A stretch of 64,000 bases of DNA. Origin: an uncultured bacterium. GTDB taxonomy: Bacteria; Planctomycetota; SZUA-567; JAKLDR01. The notes beneath the pieces were generated by a model that was not told the DNA's origin, did not search any database, and saw only the letters and a list, made by a program, of their open reading frames with translations. The stretch lies in contig CALGYR010000100.1 of the NCBI GenBank assembly GCA_937935355.1, positions 3,566 through 67,565 of the forward strand. Direction: 5' to 3'. Numbering within the stretch: position 1 is the first letter of the stretch; every line of letters starts with the position of its first letter. The position numbers and the translations under genes were made by a program. This document shows, one piece after another, positions 20,051 through 29,671 of the stretch.

Positions 20051-23000
20051 ATGACCGACCGGGAGCTCCTCGACGCCTACGCGGCCGGAGGCTCGCAGAC
20101 AGCCTTCGCCGAACTGGTCGCGCGTCACGCCGGGCAGGTCTACGCGACCTGCCTGCGCGTCCTGGAGGACCCCCACGCCGCCGAGGACGCCGCCCAGGCG
20201 ACATTCCTGGTGCTCGCCCGCAAGGCCGGCGCCCTCGGCGGCGGGGCGGTCCTGGCCGGTTGGCTGCACCTGGCGGCCAGGCGCTCGGCCCTGGCGCTCA
20301 GGGAGCGGGAGCGCCGGCGCGAGCGGCGCGAGAGGGAGGCGGCGATAATGCGCGAACGCGAGTCGGCAGGGTCGGAGGCTTCCTGGGCGGAGGTCCGGCC
20401 CAGGCTCGATGCGGCGCTGGCCGCCCTGAGCGGGCCGCAGCGCGATGTGGTTCTGTTGCGCCATCTCTACGGCTGCTCCGAGGAGGAGGCTGCGAGGGAG
20501 CTGGGGTGGAAACGCAGCCGCGTGTCCATGACCCTGCTGCGGGCCATGGAGCGCCTGCGCGAGCGGCTGGGGCGCGACGGCGCGCGGCTTGGCTCGGCGG
20601 CCCTGGCCGGCCTGCTCGCGTCCGAGGCTGCGGGCCCGGCGGCCCCGGCCGGCCTGGCCGCATCCATCGTCGAGACCTGCTCCGGAGGGGCGGCGGCGTC
20701 ATCCCCGGTGGCATTCGCTGCGGAGGGAGTCATGAAGACCATGTTCCTGGCGAAACTGAAGGCGGCGGCGACGGTCCTGACGGCTGCGGCCGTGGCGGGA
20801 CTCGGCGGAACGGCGGCCGTGCTGCTCGCCGCCGAGGGGCCTGCCGGTCCGCCTGCCCCGGAGAGCCCCGCGCTTAAGGCCGCTCCGGCCAACACCTGGG
20901 TGAAGCTCGCCGAGGAGCCCGACGGCGCCCGGGACGGGGCGCTCTTCTGCTACGCGCCCAACGCCGGCCGCTTCATCCTGGCCGGCGGCGTGGCCGGCAA
21001 GCCCCAGCACTTCGACACCGAGCTCTTCGACGCCGGCGCCGGGAAGTGGGTCAACGCCCACCCCAAGGACGGCCCCTACAAGAACGAGTCGGGGCTGACC
21101 GACGCGCCCAGCTCCGGCTACACCGGCTGGCCGACGCCGGCCTTCCAGACCGACAAGGCCGGGGTCACCCGCATCCGCATGGACGGAGAGAACGCCGCCT
21201 ACGGCACGGACACGCGGCTGGGCTTCCAGTACGCCTTCGACCCGGCCGGCGGAAAGCTCTACGCCTACTTCTGCGACATCACCGCGGCCTACGACCCGCT
21301 CGAGCGCAAGTGGACCGACCTGAAGGCGGAGAAGTTCAGCAAGACGCCGCGCTTCGCGCTGATGTACGGCTCGCTGGCCTACGATCCGGTCAACAAGGAG
21401 GTCCTGTCGATCGGCGGCACCAGCAACGAGCCGGGCGGCACCCCCGGCACCTGGGCGTTCAACATCGCGGCCGGCTCCTGGAAGAAGGTGGAGACCGGCT
21501 CGAAGGAGCTCCGGGCATTGGGCGCCGGGGCCGAAGACTTGCGAAAGGGCGCCGACGCGCTGGCCAATGCCGCCCGCAACCGCTTCTACGTCGCCGAGAG
21601 CGAGGCCGAGGCCAAAGACGACCTGGCCGGCCGCGCCGCGAAGCTCGCCGCCGAGGCCGAGGCCTTCGTCGGGAAGCTGAAGGCGGCGAAGCTCTCCGGA
21701 GTCGAAGAGCGGGCGCCCGCGTCCGCCGCCGAGGAGTTCGGGAAGCTCGCCGCCGCGCTCAAGGCGCTTGGCGGCAGGCTCGGCGGCAAGGTCGGGCAGG
21801 AGGCGCTGGCCGAGGCTCAGTCCATCCAGGACCTGGCCTGGCGGGCGGCGCGCCGGCTCGACGCCGAGCCCTGCGGCCGGGGCTATTCCCAGATGGCCTC
21901 GGACCTGGCCGCGGGGAAGATAGTGCTCTTCGGGGGCAGCCGGCTCGACGGCTTCCTCTCCGACACCTGGGTCTACGACTGCAAGTCGCGATCCTGGGAG
22001 CAGCGCCGGCCGAAGCTTGCGCCCTCGCCGCGCGCCGGGCACACGCTGGCCTGGCTGCCGGGGAGCGGCAAAGTCGTCCTGGCCGGCGGCAGCGCCCGGC
22101 ACGGCGCCGCGCCCCAGGACCTCTGGGCCTACGACCTCAGGGGCGACGAGTGGAGGCTGCTCGCCCGGTTCAAGGACGGCCCGGCCGGTGGACCCGGCGC
22201 GGTCGACACCTCCGACCAGCTGATCGTGGTGAGCGTCGACCCGAAGAAGGGGCGCTCGCGGGTGACCTGGGGCATGCGCGTGGATCCGGCCGCGCCGGCC
22301 GCCGGACTGGACGCGGCCTCGGCGGGAGGCGCTCCGGGGACCGTGGCCTTCGGGCTCGCTCCGGCCGACTACGACAAGGCCGCGACGCCCGATCCGGACG
22401 GGGTCGGCAGGGTCCTCAAAGAGCTGCCGGCCAACAAGTGGAAACTCATGCCCAAGCCGCCGAAGGGCACGGCCACCCGCGACTGGGGGACGCTGCCCTA
22501 CGATACCGACCGCCACCAGATCCTTCACTGGGGCGGGGGGCACTCGACCTACATCGGCACGGACCTGGCCCACTACAGCCTGCGCACCGCCACCTGGAGC
22601 ATCGGCTATCCGGCCGAGAACCCGCCGACCCGCGGCTTCTACGCCATGGCCGACCAGAGCTTCAACGACCGCCCGATGGTGCCCAACCACGTCTGGGATG
22701 CGGCGGCCTACGACCCGGTCTCGAAGAAGGGCGTGTGGATGGTCCGGGGCGGCACCTGGACCTACGATCCGGCCAGGCGCGAGTGGGACTACCCGCCGGC
22801 GGCGAGCATCGGAGGTGAGCTCAAAGTCGCGCTGGCCGCCACGCCCAAGGGCGTGGTCTGCTGGGCCAACGAGGCCCTGCAGCTCTTCGACGCCAAGGCC
22901 GGGGCGTGGAGCAAGCTGCCGCTGGCCGGCGGCAAGGTCGGCGGCGCCTACGGGGACACGTCGGGCATCTGCCACGACTCGAAGCGCAACTGCCTGTGGC

Positions 23001-23410
23001 TCGCCCACCGCGGCGGGCCGATGATGCGCTACGACATGGATGGCGGCGCGCTCACCGTCATCGACGTCAAGGGCCCGGCCGGGATCTTCATGCGCGAGAC
23101 GGTCTACGTCCCGGAGATCGACATGCTCTTGAACGAGGTCCGGGTGCAGGGCGAGGGCGGGGCCGGCAACCTGGCCTTCGACATCGAGGGCGGGAAGTGG
23201 CTGGGGCTCGATCTGCCCTACGATGGCAAGGATCAGTACCTGTCGAGCCGCGAGTACTGGGCCACCACCGGCAGTCGGTCGCTGCACTACGACCCGGCCC
23301 TAAAGGTGGCCATCTTCCTCTACGGCGCCGAGGAGGTCGGCGTCCTTCGTGCCGAGAAGCCGGGCTTGAAGACCTTCGAGGTCAAGCTCCAGGAGCCGAA
23401 GAAGAAGTAG
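20051..23410 (+). CDS. ECF (sigma-70 family) sigma factor domain fused in frame to a TM segment and a large Kelch/beta-propeller domain
   Basis: Sigma region 2 ('FAELVARHAGQVYATCLRVL') and region 4 ('DVVLLRHLYGCSEEEAARELGWKRSRVSMTL') are present. They are followed by a hydrophobic segment and repeated Kelch-like units. There is no stop between the parts. A strong internal SD 'ggagggag' precedes the ATG at 20732. Confidence 0.7.
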   Translation: MTDRELLDAYAAGGSQTAFAELVARHAGQVYATCLRVLEDPHAAEDAAQATFLVLARKAGALGGGAVLAGWLHLAARRSALALRERERRRERREREAAIMRERESAGSEASWAEVRPRLDAALAALSGPQRDVVLLRHLYGCSEEEAARELGWKRSRVSMTLLRAMERLRERLGRDGARLGSAALAGLLASEAAGPAAPAGLAASIVETCSGGAAASSPVAFAAEGVMKTMFLAKLKAAATVLTAAAVAGLGGTAAVLLAAEGPAGPPAPESPALKAAPANTWVKLAEEPDGARDGALFCYAPNAGRFILAGGVAGKPQHFDTELFDAGAGKWVNAHPKDGPYKNESGLTDAPSSGYTGWPTPAFQTDKAGVTRIRMDGENAAYGTDTRLGFQYAFDPAGGKLYAYFCDITAAYDPLERKWTDLKAEKFSKTPRFALMYGSLAYDPVNKEVLSIGGTSNEPGGTPGTWAFNIAAGSWKKVETGSKELRALGAGAEDLRKGADALANAARNRFYVAESEAEAKDDLAGRAAKLAAEAEAFVGKLKAAKLSGVEERAPASAAEEFGKLAAALKALGGRLGGKVGQEALAEAQSIQDLAWRAARRLDAEPCGRGYSQMASDLAAGKIVLFGGSRLDGFLSDTWVYDCKSRSWEQRRPKLAPSPRAGHTLAWLPGSGKVVLAGGSARHGAAPQDLWAYDLRGDEWRLLARFKDGPAGGPGAVDTSDQLIVVSVDPKKGRSRVTWGMRVDPAAPAAGLDAASAGGAPGTVAFGLAPADYDKAATPDPDGVGRVLKELPANKWKLMPKPPKGTATRDWGTLPYDTDRHQILHWGGGHSTYIGTDLAHYSLRTATWSIGYPAENPPTRGFYAMADQSFNDRPMVPNHVWDAAAYDPVSKKGVWMVRGGTWTYDPARREWDYPPAASIGGELKVALAATPKGVVCWANEALQLFDAKAGAWSKLPLAGGKVGGAYGDTSGICHDSKRNCLWLAHRGGPMMRYDMDGGALTVIDVKGPAGIFMRETVYVPEIDMLLNEVRVQGEGGAGNLAFDIEGGKWLGLDLPYDGKDQYLSSREYWATTGSRSLHYDPALKVAIFLYGAEEVGVLRAEKPGLKTFEVKLQEPKKK

Positions 23411-23499
23411 GCTCGCGAAGCACGCGCGCGGGCTCTTCGCGGTCGGCGCGATCACGCCGCTGCGCGGCGCGCGGCCATTGCTGAGCCGCTCCCGGCCGC

Positions 23500-23529
23500 G
23501 GCTAGTTTGCGCTCGGGCGCAAACTAGCC
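23500..23529. terminator. perfect hairpin between convergent genes (bidirectional terminator candidate)
   Basis: 'ggctagtttgcgc-tcgg-gcgcaaactagcc', a 13 bp stem with a 4 nt loop. Confidence 0.5.
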
Positions 23530-24045
23530 CCCGTCGAAGCTCCAGCGCTCCTGGACCATGAACCAGTTGCCGGTGTTCTCGAGGTACTCGAGCGTGCCGG
23601 AGAGGATCCTCCAGTGGTCCTCCTCCTCGGCGGCCAGGCGCTCGCAAAGCGTGCGGGCCTCGCCGGAGGCGGCCTTCTTCGCCCACGTGCGGTAGAAGGC
23701 CAGGGACTTGTCCTCCATCTCGATGCCGACTTTGAGGGCCTGGATGTCGTCGGGGGTGCCGGCCGCCTTGGAGCGCAGGCTCTCGGGCATGTCCTGGAAG
23801 ACGTTGCGGAGAGCCGCGGCGAACTCGCCCGCGTAGGGGGCGACCTTCAGCTTGCCGGCGGCCAGCGCCTCGATGAACTCGATGTGCTTCTGCTCGGCCT
23901 CGGCCAGGTAGTCGAACATCTTCCTGGCCAACGGGTTCGAGGTCTTGGCGGCGGCGCCTCCGTAGAACTGCTTGCCGTCCTGTTCCGTGTGGCGGGCGGT
24001 CTCGAGGATGGTGCGGAGTTCCTGGCTGCTGTCCTTCTCGGGCAC
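23524..24045 (-). CDS. ferritin-like/rubrerythrin-family domain protein
   Basis: Two 'E..H' di-iron-like helices: 'AEAEQKHIEFI' and 'AAEEEDHWR'. Confidence 0.65.
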   Translation of the reverse strand: MPEKDSSQELRTILETARHTEQDGKQFYGGAAAKTSNPLARKMFDYLAEAEQKHIEFIEALAAGKLKVAPYAGEFAAALRNVFQDMPESLRSKAAGTPDDIQALKVGIEMEDKSLAFYRTWAKKAASGEARTLCERLAAEEEDHWRILSGTLEYLENTGNWFMVQERWSFDGG

Positions 24046-24189
24046 GGTCCGGCGCTCCTTTCGTGGCTCTGGGTCGATCGGTCCCGGCCGCCGGCGGGGC
24101 GGTCCGGGCGCGAGGCTTCGGCGGTCGTAACCGGCCCGTCGCGCCGGGTATTCCTATAAGGGCGGCCCTCTGCATGCGCAAGTGCGTTC

Positions 24190-24240
24190 TCAGCGCAGAG
24201 ACGCGGAGGTCGCAGAGCGAGCGCGGAGAGAGCGATGGGC
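24190..24240. repeat. family C partial (left-arm-like)
   Basis: 'ctcagcgcagagacgcggaggtcgcagagcgagcgcggagag'. Confidence 0.4.
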
Positions 24241-24340
24241 GAACCCGGATCTTCTGCCACGGCGATTGCGGCGGCAACCGGTTCTTGCAGCCCCGGCGGC
24301 TTTTGGGTATAAGCGGCGTGTCGACCCGGAGGGACGAGGG

Positions 24341-25243
24341 ATGCCCAAGGAATACGGCGACCAGCGCGGCACCAGGCGCTATAACGTCAGGGACTTCCAG
24401 CTCTACTGGACCCCGAGCGGGCTGCTCTCCTTCCTGAGCGCCGGCAAGCAGGCCAAGAACAAGCTGCCGGTGGTGAACTTCAGCGTGGGCGGCGCCCAGT
24501 TCCTCTCCGCCAAGGATCTGCCCCGGGGCGAGCGGGTGCGCATCCACCTGACCGGTCCAATCCTGCCGGACGCCATGACCGTGGAGGCCGAGGTCTGCTG
24601 GTCGCGGCAGATCCCGCGCCGCTCGGCCTACCGGGTGGGCGTGCGCTTCAGCTCGAAGGCCTCGCGCCAGGAGAGGCTCCAGGAGCTCGAGGCCAGGCTC
24701 GGGGACATGACCATCCGTCTGCGCTGCGCAGGGTGCGGCACGCCGTTCTCGGTCAAGAAGAGCTTCGAGGGCGAGGCCGGTCGCTGCCCGCGTTGCAAGG
24801 CGGTGGTGGAGGTCCGCGAGGAGGAGCTGCTTCCCGAGTTGCCCGAGGAGAAGAAGACCGTCGAGGAGAAGCCGGGTGCGTCCGCGCCGGGGCCGGTGGC
24901 CTCGGGGGGGCTCTCCAAGGCCATGACCCTCTTCATCCGCTCGACGATCCCCAGCCGGCTGCACCTGGAGCTCATCCAGCACTTCACCAAGCGGCCGGCC
25001 GGACAGGTCTTCGGGGTGAGCGAGCTGGCCATGCTGGTCAGCGTGCCCGAGCCGCGGGTCCACGCCACGCTCAAGGAGATGACCGCCCGGGGCATTCTCA
25101 AGGAGCTCGGGGCCAAGACCTTCAACTACGACCCCTCGCCGGACGCCAAGCGCAAGATCGCCGAGCTGGCCTCGCTGCTCAGCAACCCGCTGCGCCGCAG
25201 CGAGGTGCTGGCCGCGGTGCTGGCCTGCGAGAAGGGCAAGTAG
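24341..25243 (+). CDS. PilZ domain protein with zinc-ribbon and C-terminal winged-helix-like region
   Basis: 'RGTRRYNVRDF...NFSVGGAQF' (PilZ) and 'CAGCGTPF....CPRCK' (Zn ribbon). RBS 'ggagggacgaggg'. Confidence 0.7.
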   Translation: MPKEYGDQRGTRRYNVRDFQLYWTPSGLLSFLSAGKQAKNKLPVVNFSVGGAQFLSAKDLPRGERVRIHLTGPILPDAMTVEAEVCWSRQIPRRSAYRVGVRFSSKASRQERLQELEARLGDMTIRLRCAGCGTPFSVKKSFEGEAGRCPRCKAVVEVREEELLPELPEEKKTVEEKPGASAPGPVASGGLSKAMTLFIRSTIPSRLHLELIQHFTKRPAGQVFGVSELAMLVSVPEPRVHATLKEMTARGILKELGAKTFNYDPSPDAKRKIAELASLLSNPLRRSEVLAAVLACEKGK

Positions 25244-25258
25244 CGGGGTTCGCTGATC

Positions 25259-26233
25259 GTGAAGGTCGAGCACGCCCTGGTCACCGGCGGCGCCGGGTTC
25301 ATCGGCAGCCATCTCTGCGAGCGGCTGCTGGCCTCCGGCTGCCGGGTGACTGCGGTCGACGACCTCTCCACCGGCTCGATCCGCAACGTGCGCGCGCTCG
25401 AGGGCAACCCGGACTTCCGCATCCTGGTGGGCTCGGCCGGCGACCGCGAACTGCTCCAGAGCCTGGCGGTCGGCGCCGACGCGGTTTTCCACCTGGCCGC
25501 GGTGGTCGGCGTGCGCAAGGTCATGGAGAGCTCGGTCGAGACCATCGAGAAGAATCTGCACACCACCGAGACGGTGCTGAAGGTCTGCAACCTGCTGCGC
25601 CTGCGGCTGGTGGTGGCCTCGACCAGCGAGGTCTACGGCGCCAACCCCCGGGCCTCGTTCCGCGAGGACGACGACTCGATCATCGGCACCAGCCGCCACC
25701 GGCGATGGTCCTACGCGGCCAGCAAACTGCTCGACGAGTTCCACGCCTACGCGTACTACCATTCGACGGCCCTGCCGGTGACCATCGTGCGGCTCTTCAA
25801 CACCATCGGGCCGCGCCAGGTGGGGCACTACGGCATGGTCGTGCCCACCTTCGTGGGCCAGGCCCTGGCCGGCGCGCCCATCACCGTCCACGGCGACGGC
25901 AGCCAGCGGCGCTGCTTCACGGCGGTCGCTGATGTCGTCCGATGCCTGGCGGAACTGGCCGCGCGCGAGGAGACCGCCGGGCAGGTCTACAATATCGGCG
26001 GCACCCAGGAGATCTCGATCATGGACCTGGCCAACAAGGTCAAGGCCATGACCGGGAGCGCCTCGCCGATCGTCACGAAGAGCTACGCCGAGGTCTACGG
26101 CGAGAACTTCGTGGACATGGAGCGCCGCGTGCCGGACGTCTCCAAGCTCCGCTCGGCCATCGGCTTCGCGCCGGAGACGGGGCTCGAGGACATGCTCCGG
26201 ACGGTGATAGAGCACCTCAGGGCCGGGCAGTAG
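25259..26233 (+). CDS. NAD-dependent epimerase/dehydratase (SDR family, UDP-sugar epimerase/decarboxylase-like)
   Basis: 'VTGGAGFIGSHLCERL' Rossmann motif and the catalytic 'YAASK' motif. Confidence 0.85.
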   Translation: MKVEHALVTGGAGFIGSHLCERLLASGCRVTAVDDLSTGSIRNVRALEGNPDFRILVGSAGDRELLQSLAVGADAVFHLAAVVGVRKVMESSVETIEKNLHTTETVLKVCNLLRLRLVVASTSEVYGANPRASFREDDDSIIGTSRHRRWSYAASKLLDEFHAYAYYHSTALPVTIVRLFNTIGPRQVGHYGMVVPTFVGQALAGAPITVHGDGSQRRCFTAVADVVRCLAELAAREETAGQVYNIGGTQEISIMDLANKVKAMTGSASPIVTKSYAEVYGENFVDMERRVPDVSKLRSAIGFAPETGLEDMLRTVIEHLRAGQ

Positions 26234-26299
26234 GCTTCTCGCTACCTCCGGGCCCGGCCAGCCAATCCGGGATGCCTTTGAATGGCACTTCCGTAAGCC

Positions 26300-26420
26300 C
26301 TGCGAACGGCGAACCGCAGAATGTCGAATGTCGAAGTCAGAATTACGAACGACGTGGAGTGGCCGGGAGTTGCCACTTCGACATTCGTCATTCGGTGTTC
26401 TGCGGTTCTGCGGTTTGCTG
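26300..26420. repeat. family B hairpin (AATGTCGAA-type arms)
   Basis: 'gaaccgcagaatgtcgaatgtcgaag-N42-cttcgacattcgtcattcggtgttctgcggttc'. Confidence 0.7.
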
Positions 26421-27035
26421 TGGGTTCGCCAGGGGGCTGGCATGGCCTAGGGAAGCGCCATTCGGGCGCATCCCTAACGGCTCTTGCTCCGCGCGGATGC
26501 CGCCATCCGCTTCAGGGTGCTCCCACGCCTCTGCAACTCTCGCCATCCTGGCCACCAGCCAGTCCTGGACCGGCTTGGGGAGAGACGCCCCGAAGCAGAT
26601 GCTGCCCTGCGGGCTCGTTATCGCGATGCGATGGATCGGAGGTCCAAGGCCATGTCGTCTGGCCCCATAGTGGTCGACGACCTTTTCTGCTCGCACGTCC
26701 GTACCGTGAAGGCGCTGAACGCCGGATCCCCAGATGCTCCGCGTTCTGATTTCCACCATGCCCCGGCACATGGTCAGATCGTAGACCAGCGTGCTCAGCC
26801 GCAGGGCGTGGATGTCCAGAGCCGCCGTAAGCGTCCCGAATACCCCGACCAGCAGGTAAGCCAGAAGCGGGTTGCTTTGCCTGCTCGCGATAACGCCGGA
26901 CGCCAGAAACAGCATCGGAGGCGTTGCGACGGCGCCTGCGCAGAGCAGGACCCAGGGCTTCTTTCCGGTGAGGCGCACGGCCAAACAGCCAGGGCTTTCC
27001 TCGAGGACAGCGGCGTGTCTGCCGATCGCGTTCAT
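26388..27035 (-). CDS. hypothetical membrane protein
   Basis: Several hydrophobic helices. It sits in a lower-GC patch. The start is placed at the internal Met 'MNAIGRH'. Confidence 0.4.
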   Translation of the reverse strand: MNAIGRHAAVLEESPGCLAVRLTGKKPWVLLCAGAVATPPMLFLASGVIASRQSNPLLAYLLVGVFGTLTAALDIHALRLSTLVYDLTMCRGMVEIRTRSIWGSGVQRLHGTDVRAEKVVDHYGARRHGLGPPIHRIAITSPQGSICFGASLPKPVQDWLVARMARVAEAWEHPEADGGIRAEQEPLGMRPNGASLGHASPLANPQQTAEPQNTE

Positions 27036-27389
27036 GTCCCCGCCACCTGTTGCACTGCCCCCGTCTTGCCGGCCATTGTGCGTCTGGCGGCATGTTCTAT
27101 CCGCGCCTCTCAGACCTGCAAGTGACGGTGGATGTATCGGACCGGCGCCCATGCGGCATATGCCGCCGCTGAGGCTTTACGTTACGGTTACTCGCCGGGA
27201 GGCGGAGAAGACGGTTCCAGATTCGCTGGGAGGCACTTGCGACGCCGGCGACGGCGGGGAGAATGCCGGCAGGAGGTCGTCATGGCCAACGGACTTCGTC
27301 TCGCGACTATGTGGGTCGGGGAGATCGCAGCCCGGCCGGTGACGCTGGTCGTTCCGGCGAAGAAAGAGAAGCAGGCACCATAGCAGCCC

Positions 27390-28115
27390 GTGCCCGAAGA
27401 GCAGAGCGAACTTGATGCGGTTCCCGGGGCGGTGTTCCCCGGAGAAGACGGAGGTCGTTCGGTGGATGGCCAGCTTGGCGTTCCGCGAAGTGAGCCCTCT
27501 GAGGACGGGCGTGGCGTGCTGAGGAAGGGCCCTTGGGGGCGGGTAGGATGTGTGCTGGGGGCTGGCGTCTTCGTCTGCCTGCTGGCTGTCGGCGGACTCG
27601 GGGCCTGGCGGCATCTTGACGCGGAGGCGTGCAGGGGCAATCTTGAGATGATAGGCCGGGCCTGCCTTAGCTATGCGGCGGAGAATGGTGGGAGCTTCCC
27701 AGCCGACTGGGATGGTGTTCTTTCCAAGCGACGGTTTCCGGAGCCATTTGTGTGCCCTTCTGACCCGCGGGGATATGGCTACGCTGTGAAAGACAACCGA
27801 GTGGTTCCAGACCGCGTGAGCTATGAGTATGTGGCCGGGCTCAGGCTGGACAAGTCGAGGGAACTCGTGGTGGCATACGACAGGCATGGCAACCACCGGG
27901 GAGGTCGCAACGTGCTCATGATCTCCGGTGGTTCGGTGGAGGTTGTCTTCTGGCCCACGGCGAGAAATGGGGAGTTGGAGACCAGGCTGGCCGAGCAGAG
28001 GGCGCGGAGTTCGAACGACCGCGATGCCCCGGCTGTTCCAGCCAAGTCGCACGCGACCGGGCCGGACGTCGAATTAACCAATGACGTGGGGCATGGCAAG
28101 CCCCTCTCGCCCTGA
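27390..28115 (+). CDS. DUF1559-like (planctomycete pseudopilin-like) protein
   Basis: 'CRGNLEMIGRACLSYAAENGGSFP' matches the DUF1559 'C.NL+.IG.A...Y...G.FP' motif. The C-terminal 'HRGGRNVLMISGGSVEVV' matches the H-X9-DG(SV) box. The N-terminus is hydrophobic. Confidence 0.55.
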   Translation: MPEEQSELDAVPGAVFPGEDGGRSVDGQLGVPRSEPSEDGRGVLRKGPWGRVGCVLGAGVFVCLLAVGGLGAWRHLDAEACRGNLEMIGRACLSYAAENGGSFPADWDGVLSKRRFPEPFVCPSDPRGYGYAVKDNRVVPDRVSYEYVAGLRLDKSRELVVAYDRHGNHRGGRNVLMISGGSVEVVFWPTARNGELETRLAEQRARSSNDRDAPAVPAKSHATGPDVELTNDVGHGKPLSP

Positions 28116-28157
28116 GCCGGTGCCTTCTCGCGGAGAGAATGATGCCCCGGCAGCATC

Positions 28158-28355
28158 GTGAGCCTGCGCACCGAGCAGGTCGAGGCCGTTGAACGTTTGG
28201 GGGGGCAGGAACTGGTCGCGTTGGGAGAGATCGGACCGGCTGCCGCGCAGGCCATTCCGGACATCGAGCCGCTCCTGGAGGACCGGGATCAGGAAGTTCG
28301 CGCGGCCGCCGCCGATGCGCTTATGAAGATCCGGCGCGAGGCGATTGACGAGTAG
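28158..28355 (+). pseudogene. orphan HEAT/PBS-lyase repeat fragment
   Basis: The 65 aa sequence 'LGEIGPAAAQAIPDIEPLLEDRDQEVRAAAADALMKI' is a single HEAT-like repeat without a surrounding protein. Confidence 0.3.
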
Positions 28356-28525
28356 CGCTCCAACTCCGCGCAGCGATCTGATCGTGCTATCAGCCTGCCG
28401 TTTGCGCTCTGAACTAGAGTGCTGGTTCGGGGAGTGTAACGCCCGTCGATCGCCGCCGAATTCATAAGTGACTGTATATTGGGCCGTTCCGTGCCCATTC
28501 GTCTGTCTTCACCCTTCCATCGGAA

Positions 28526-28540
28526 TACCCCCGCCGGGTA
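28526..28540. promoter_or_regulatory. predicted CsoR operator (TACCC-N5-GGGTA pseudo-palindrome) upstream of YHS/csoR/cusCBA
   Basis: 'TACCCCCGCCGGGTA' lies about 90 bp upstream of the YHS gene. A near-identical box occurs at 37431. Confidence 0.5.
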
Positions 28541-28631
28541 CCGGGTTGACACCACAAGGAGGAGAGGGCCGGTCCGGAGGCCGTCCCTGCGATCATCCTG
28601 GACAGAGGTGCACCGGTGAGGAGGAGCTGAA

Positions 28632-29054
28632 ATGTTCAGCCTGCAGTTGAGGTCTCTGGGAGTGATGGCGTTGGGCTTGGCCTTCTCGTTTGCGGCCGTC
28701 GCCGCCGAGGGAGACAAGCCTCAGGCGGGCGACCAGGACGGGGCGAAGAAGGAGGTCAAGGTCCAGACCACCTGTCCGGTCATGGGCAACAAGATCAACA
28801 AGGACATCTACGTCGATCACGACGGCAAACGGGTCTACCTGTGCTGCAAGGCCTGCGTGGCCGCCTTCAACAAGGACCCCGGGAAGTACATCAAGAAGCT
28901 CGAGGACGAGGGCGTGACCATCGAGAAGGCCCCGGTGCAGACGGAGTGCAAGGACAAGTGCGATGCCAAGGACGGCAAGGCCGGAGGCGGCTGTTGCTCG
29001 GACGCCGGCAAGACCGTCAAGGAAGGAGCGGGGGAAGGCGGGTGCTGCAAGTAG
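28632..29054 (+). CDS. secreted YHS/TRASH-domain metal-binding protein with Cys-rich C-terminus
   Basis: Signal peptide, YHS-like 'CPVMGNKI.....YVDHDGKRVYLCCKACVAAFNKDPGKY', and a C-terminal 'GGGCCS...GGCCK' motif. Confidence 0.7.
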   Translation: MFSLQLRSLGVMALGLAFSFAAVAAEGDKPQAGDQDGAKKEVKVQTTCPVMGNKINKDIYVDHDGKRVYLCCKACVAAFNKDPGKYIKKLEDEGVTIEKAPVQTECKDKCDAKDGKAGGGCCSDAGKTVKEGAGEGGCCK

Positions 29055-29156
29055 CGCCCGCGCGGTTCTACGGGCGGTTCTCCCCGCAGAGAACCGCCCG
29101 TAGAACTTCCGCCGCAGAAGGCGTCATGAACCCCGGTCCGGGTACGGAGGCTGAAT

Positions 29157-29441
29157 ATGCTTGACGACGACCTCTCACGCGAGCTCGACCGCCGGCTCCT
29201 CAAGATCGAGGGCCAGGTCCGCGGCATTCGCAAGATGATCGAAGATCATCGCTACTGCGTGGACCTGCTCGACCAGCTGGCCGCGGCGCGCGCGGGCTTG
29301 GGCGCGGTCGGCCAGGGGATACTCAGGAACCACATCGAGACCTGCGTGGCCGCGGCCCTGTCCGGGACTAACCAGGCCGACCGGCAGGCGAAGGTCGAGG
29401 AACTGGTCAGGCTCTTCCCGCGGTTCTGCCGCGGAGGCTGA
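29157..29441 (+). CDS. csoR: CsoR/RcnR family metal-sensing transcriptional repressor
   Basis: 94 aa, 'LKIEGQVRGIRKMIEDHRYCVDLLDQL...H..C'. This is the CsoR fold with a Cys-His-Cys ligand set. Confidence 0.8.
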   Translation: MLDDDLSRELDRRLLKIEGQVRGIRKMIEDHRYCVDLLDQLAAARAGLGAVGQGILRNHIETCVAAALSGTNQADRQAKVEELVRLFPRFCRGG

Positions 29442-29483
29442 GGAGGATTCCAATGCGCCGAGGGCACTGCGACCGGAGGGGAA

Positions 29484-29640
29484 CTGCGGCACCGAACGTT
29501 CAACATGCAACACGCAACATTCGACACGCAATGAATCAGCGGAAGGGGCCGATTCATCGGTTTCATTCCTCAAGATCGTGCTCCTTCCCTGATTTGCTCT
29601 GTATGTTGCATGTTGCATGTTGGACGTTGCGTGTTCGTCT
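29484..29640. repeat. family B-like hairpin (CAACATGCAAC arms) with an inner stem-loop
   Basis: 'gaacgttcaacatgcaacacgcaacattcgacacgcaatgaatc...gattcat...tgttgcatgttgcatgttggacgttgcgtgttcg'. Confidence 0.7.
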
Positions 29641-29671
29641 CTTCCCCGAAATATCCTGCAGGGCCATCGCT

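Noticed and set aside
20699-23287. 862 aa ORF antisense to the sigma-Kelch gene, and the 1047 aa ORF at 23300-26443 antisense to the PilZ/epimerase genes
   Set aside because: No domains. Typical high-GC open antisense frames.
28000-28030. tRNA-like T-arm 'GAGTTCGAACG'
   Set aside because: It lies inside a coding region. The flanking sequence lacks acceptor and anticodon stems. No convincing tRNA cloverleaf was found anywhere in the window.
27177-28052. 291 aa minus-strand ORF overlapping the DUF1559-like gene
   Set aside because: The plus-strand product carries the DUF1559 C-NL-IG and H-X9-(D)G motifs. The minus-strand product has no recognisable features.
26250-28630. Integrase/transposase marking the island border
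   Set aside because: No ORF in this low-GC patch or elsewhere in the window shows DDE, tyrosine or serine recombinase motifs.
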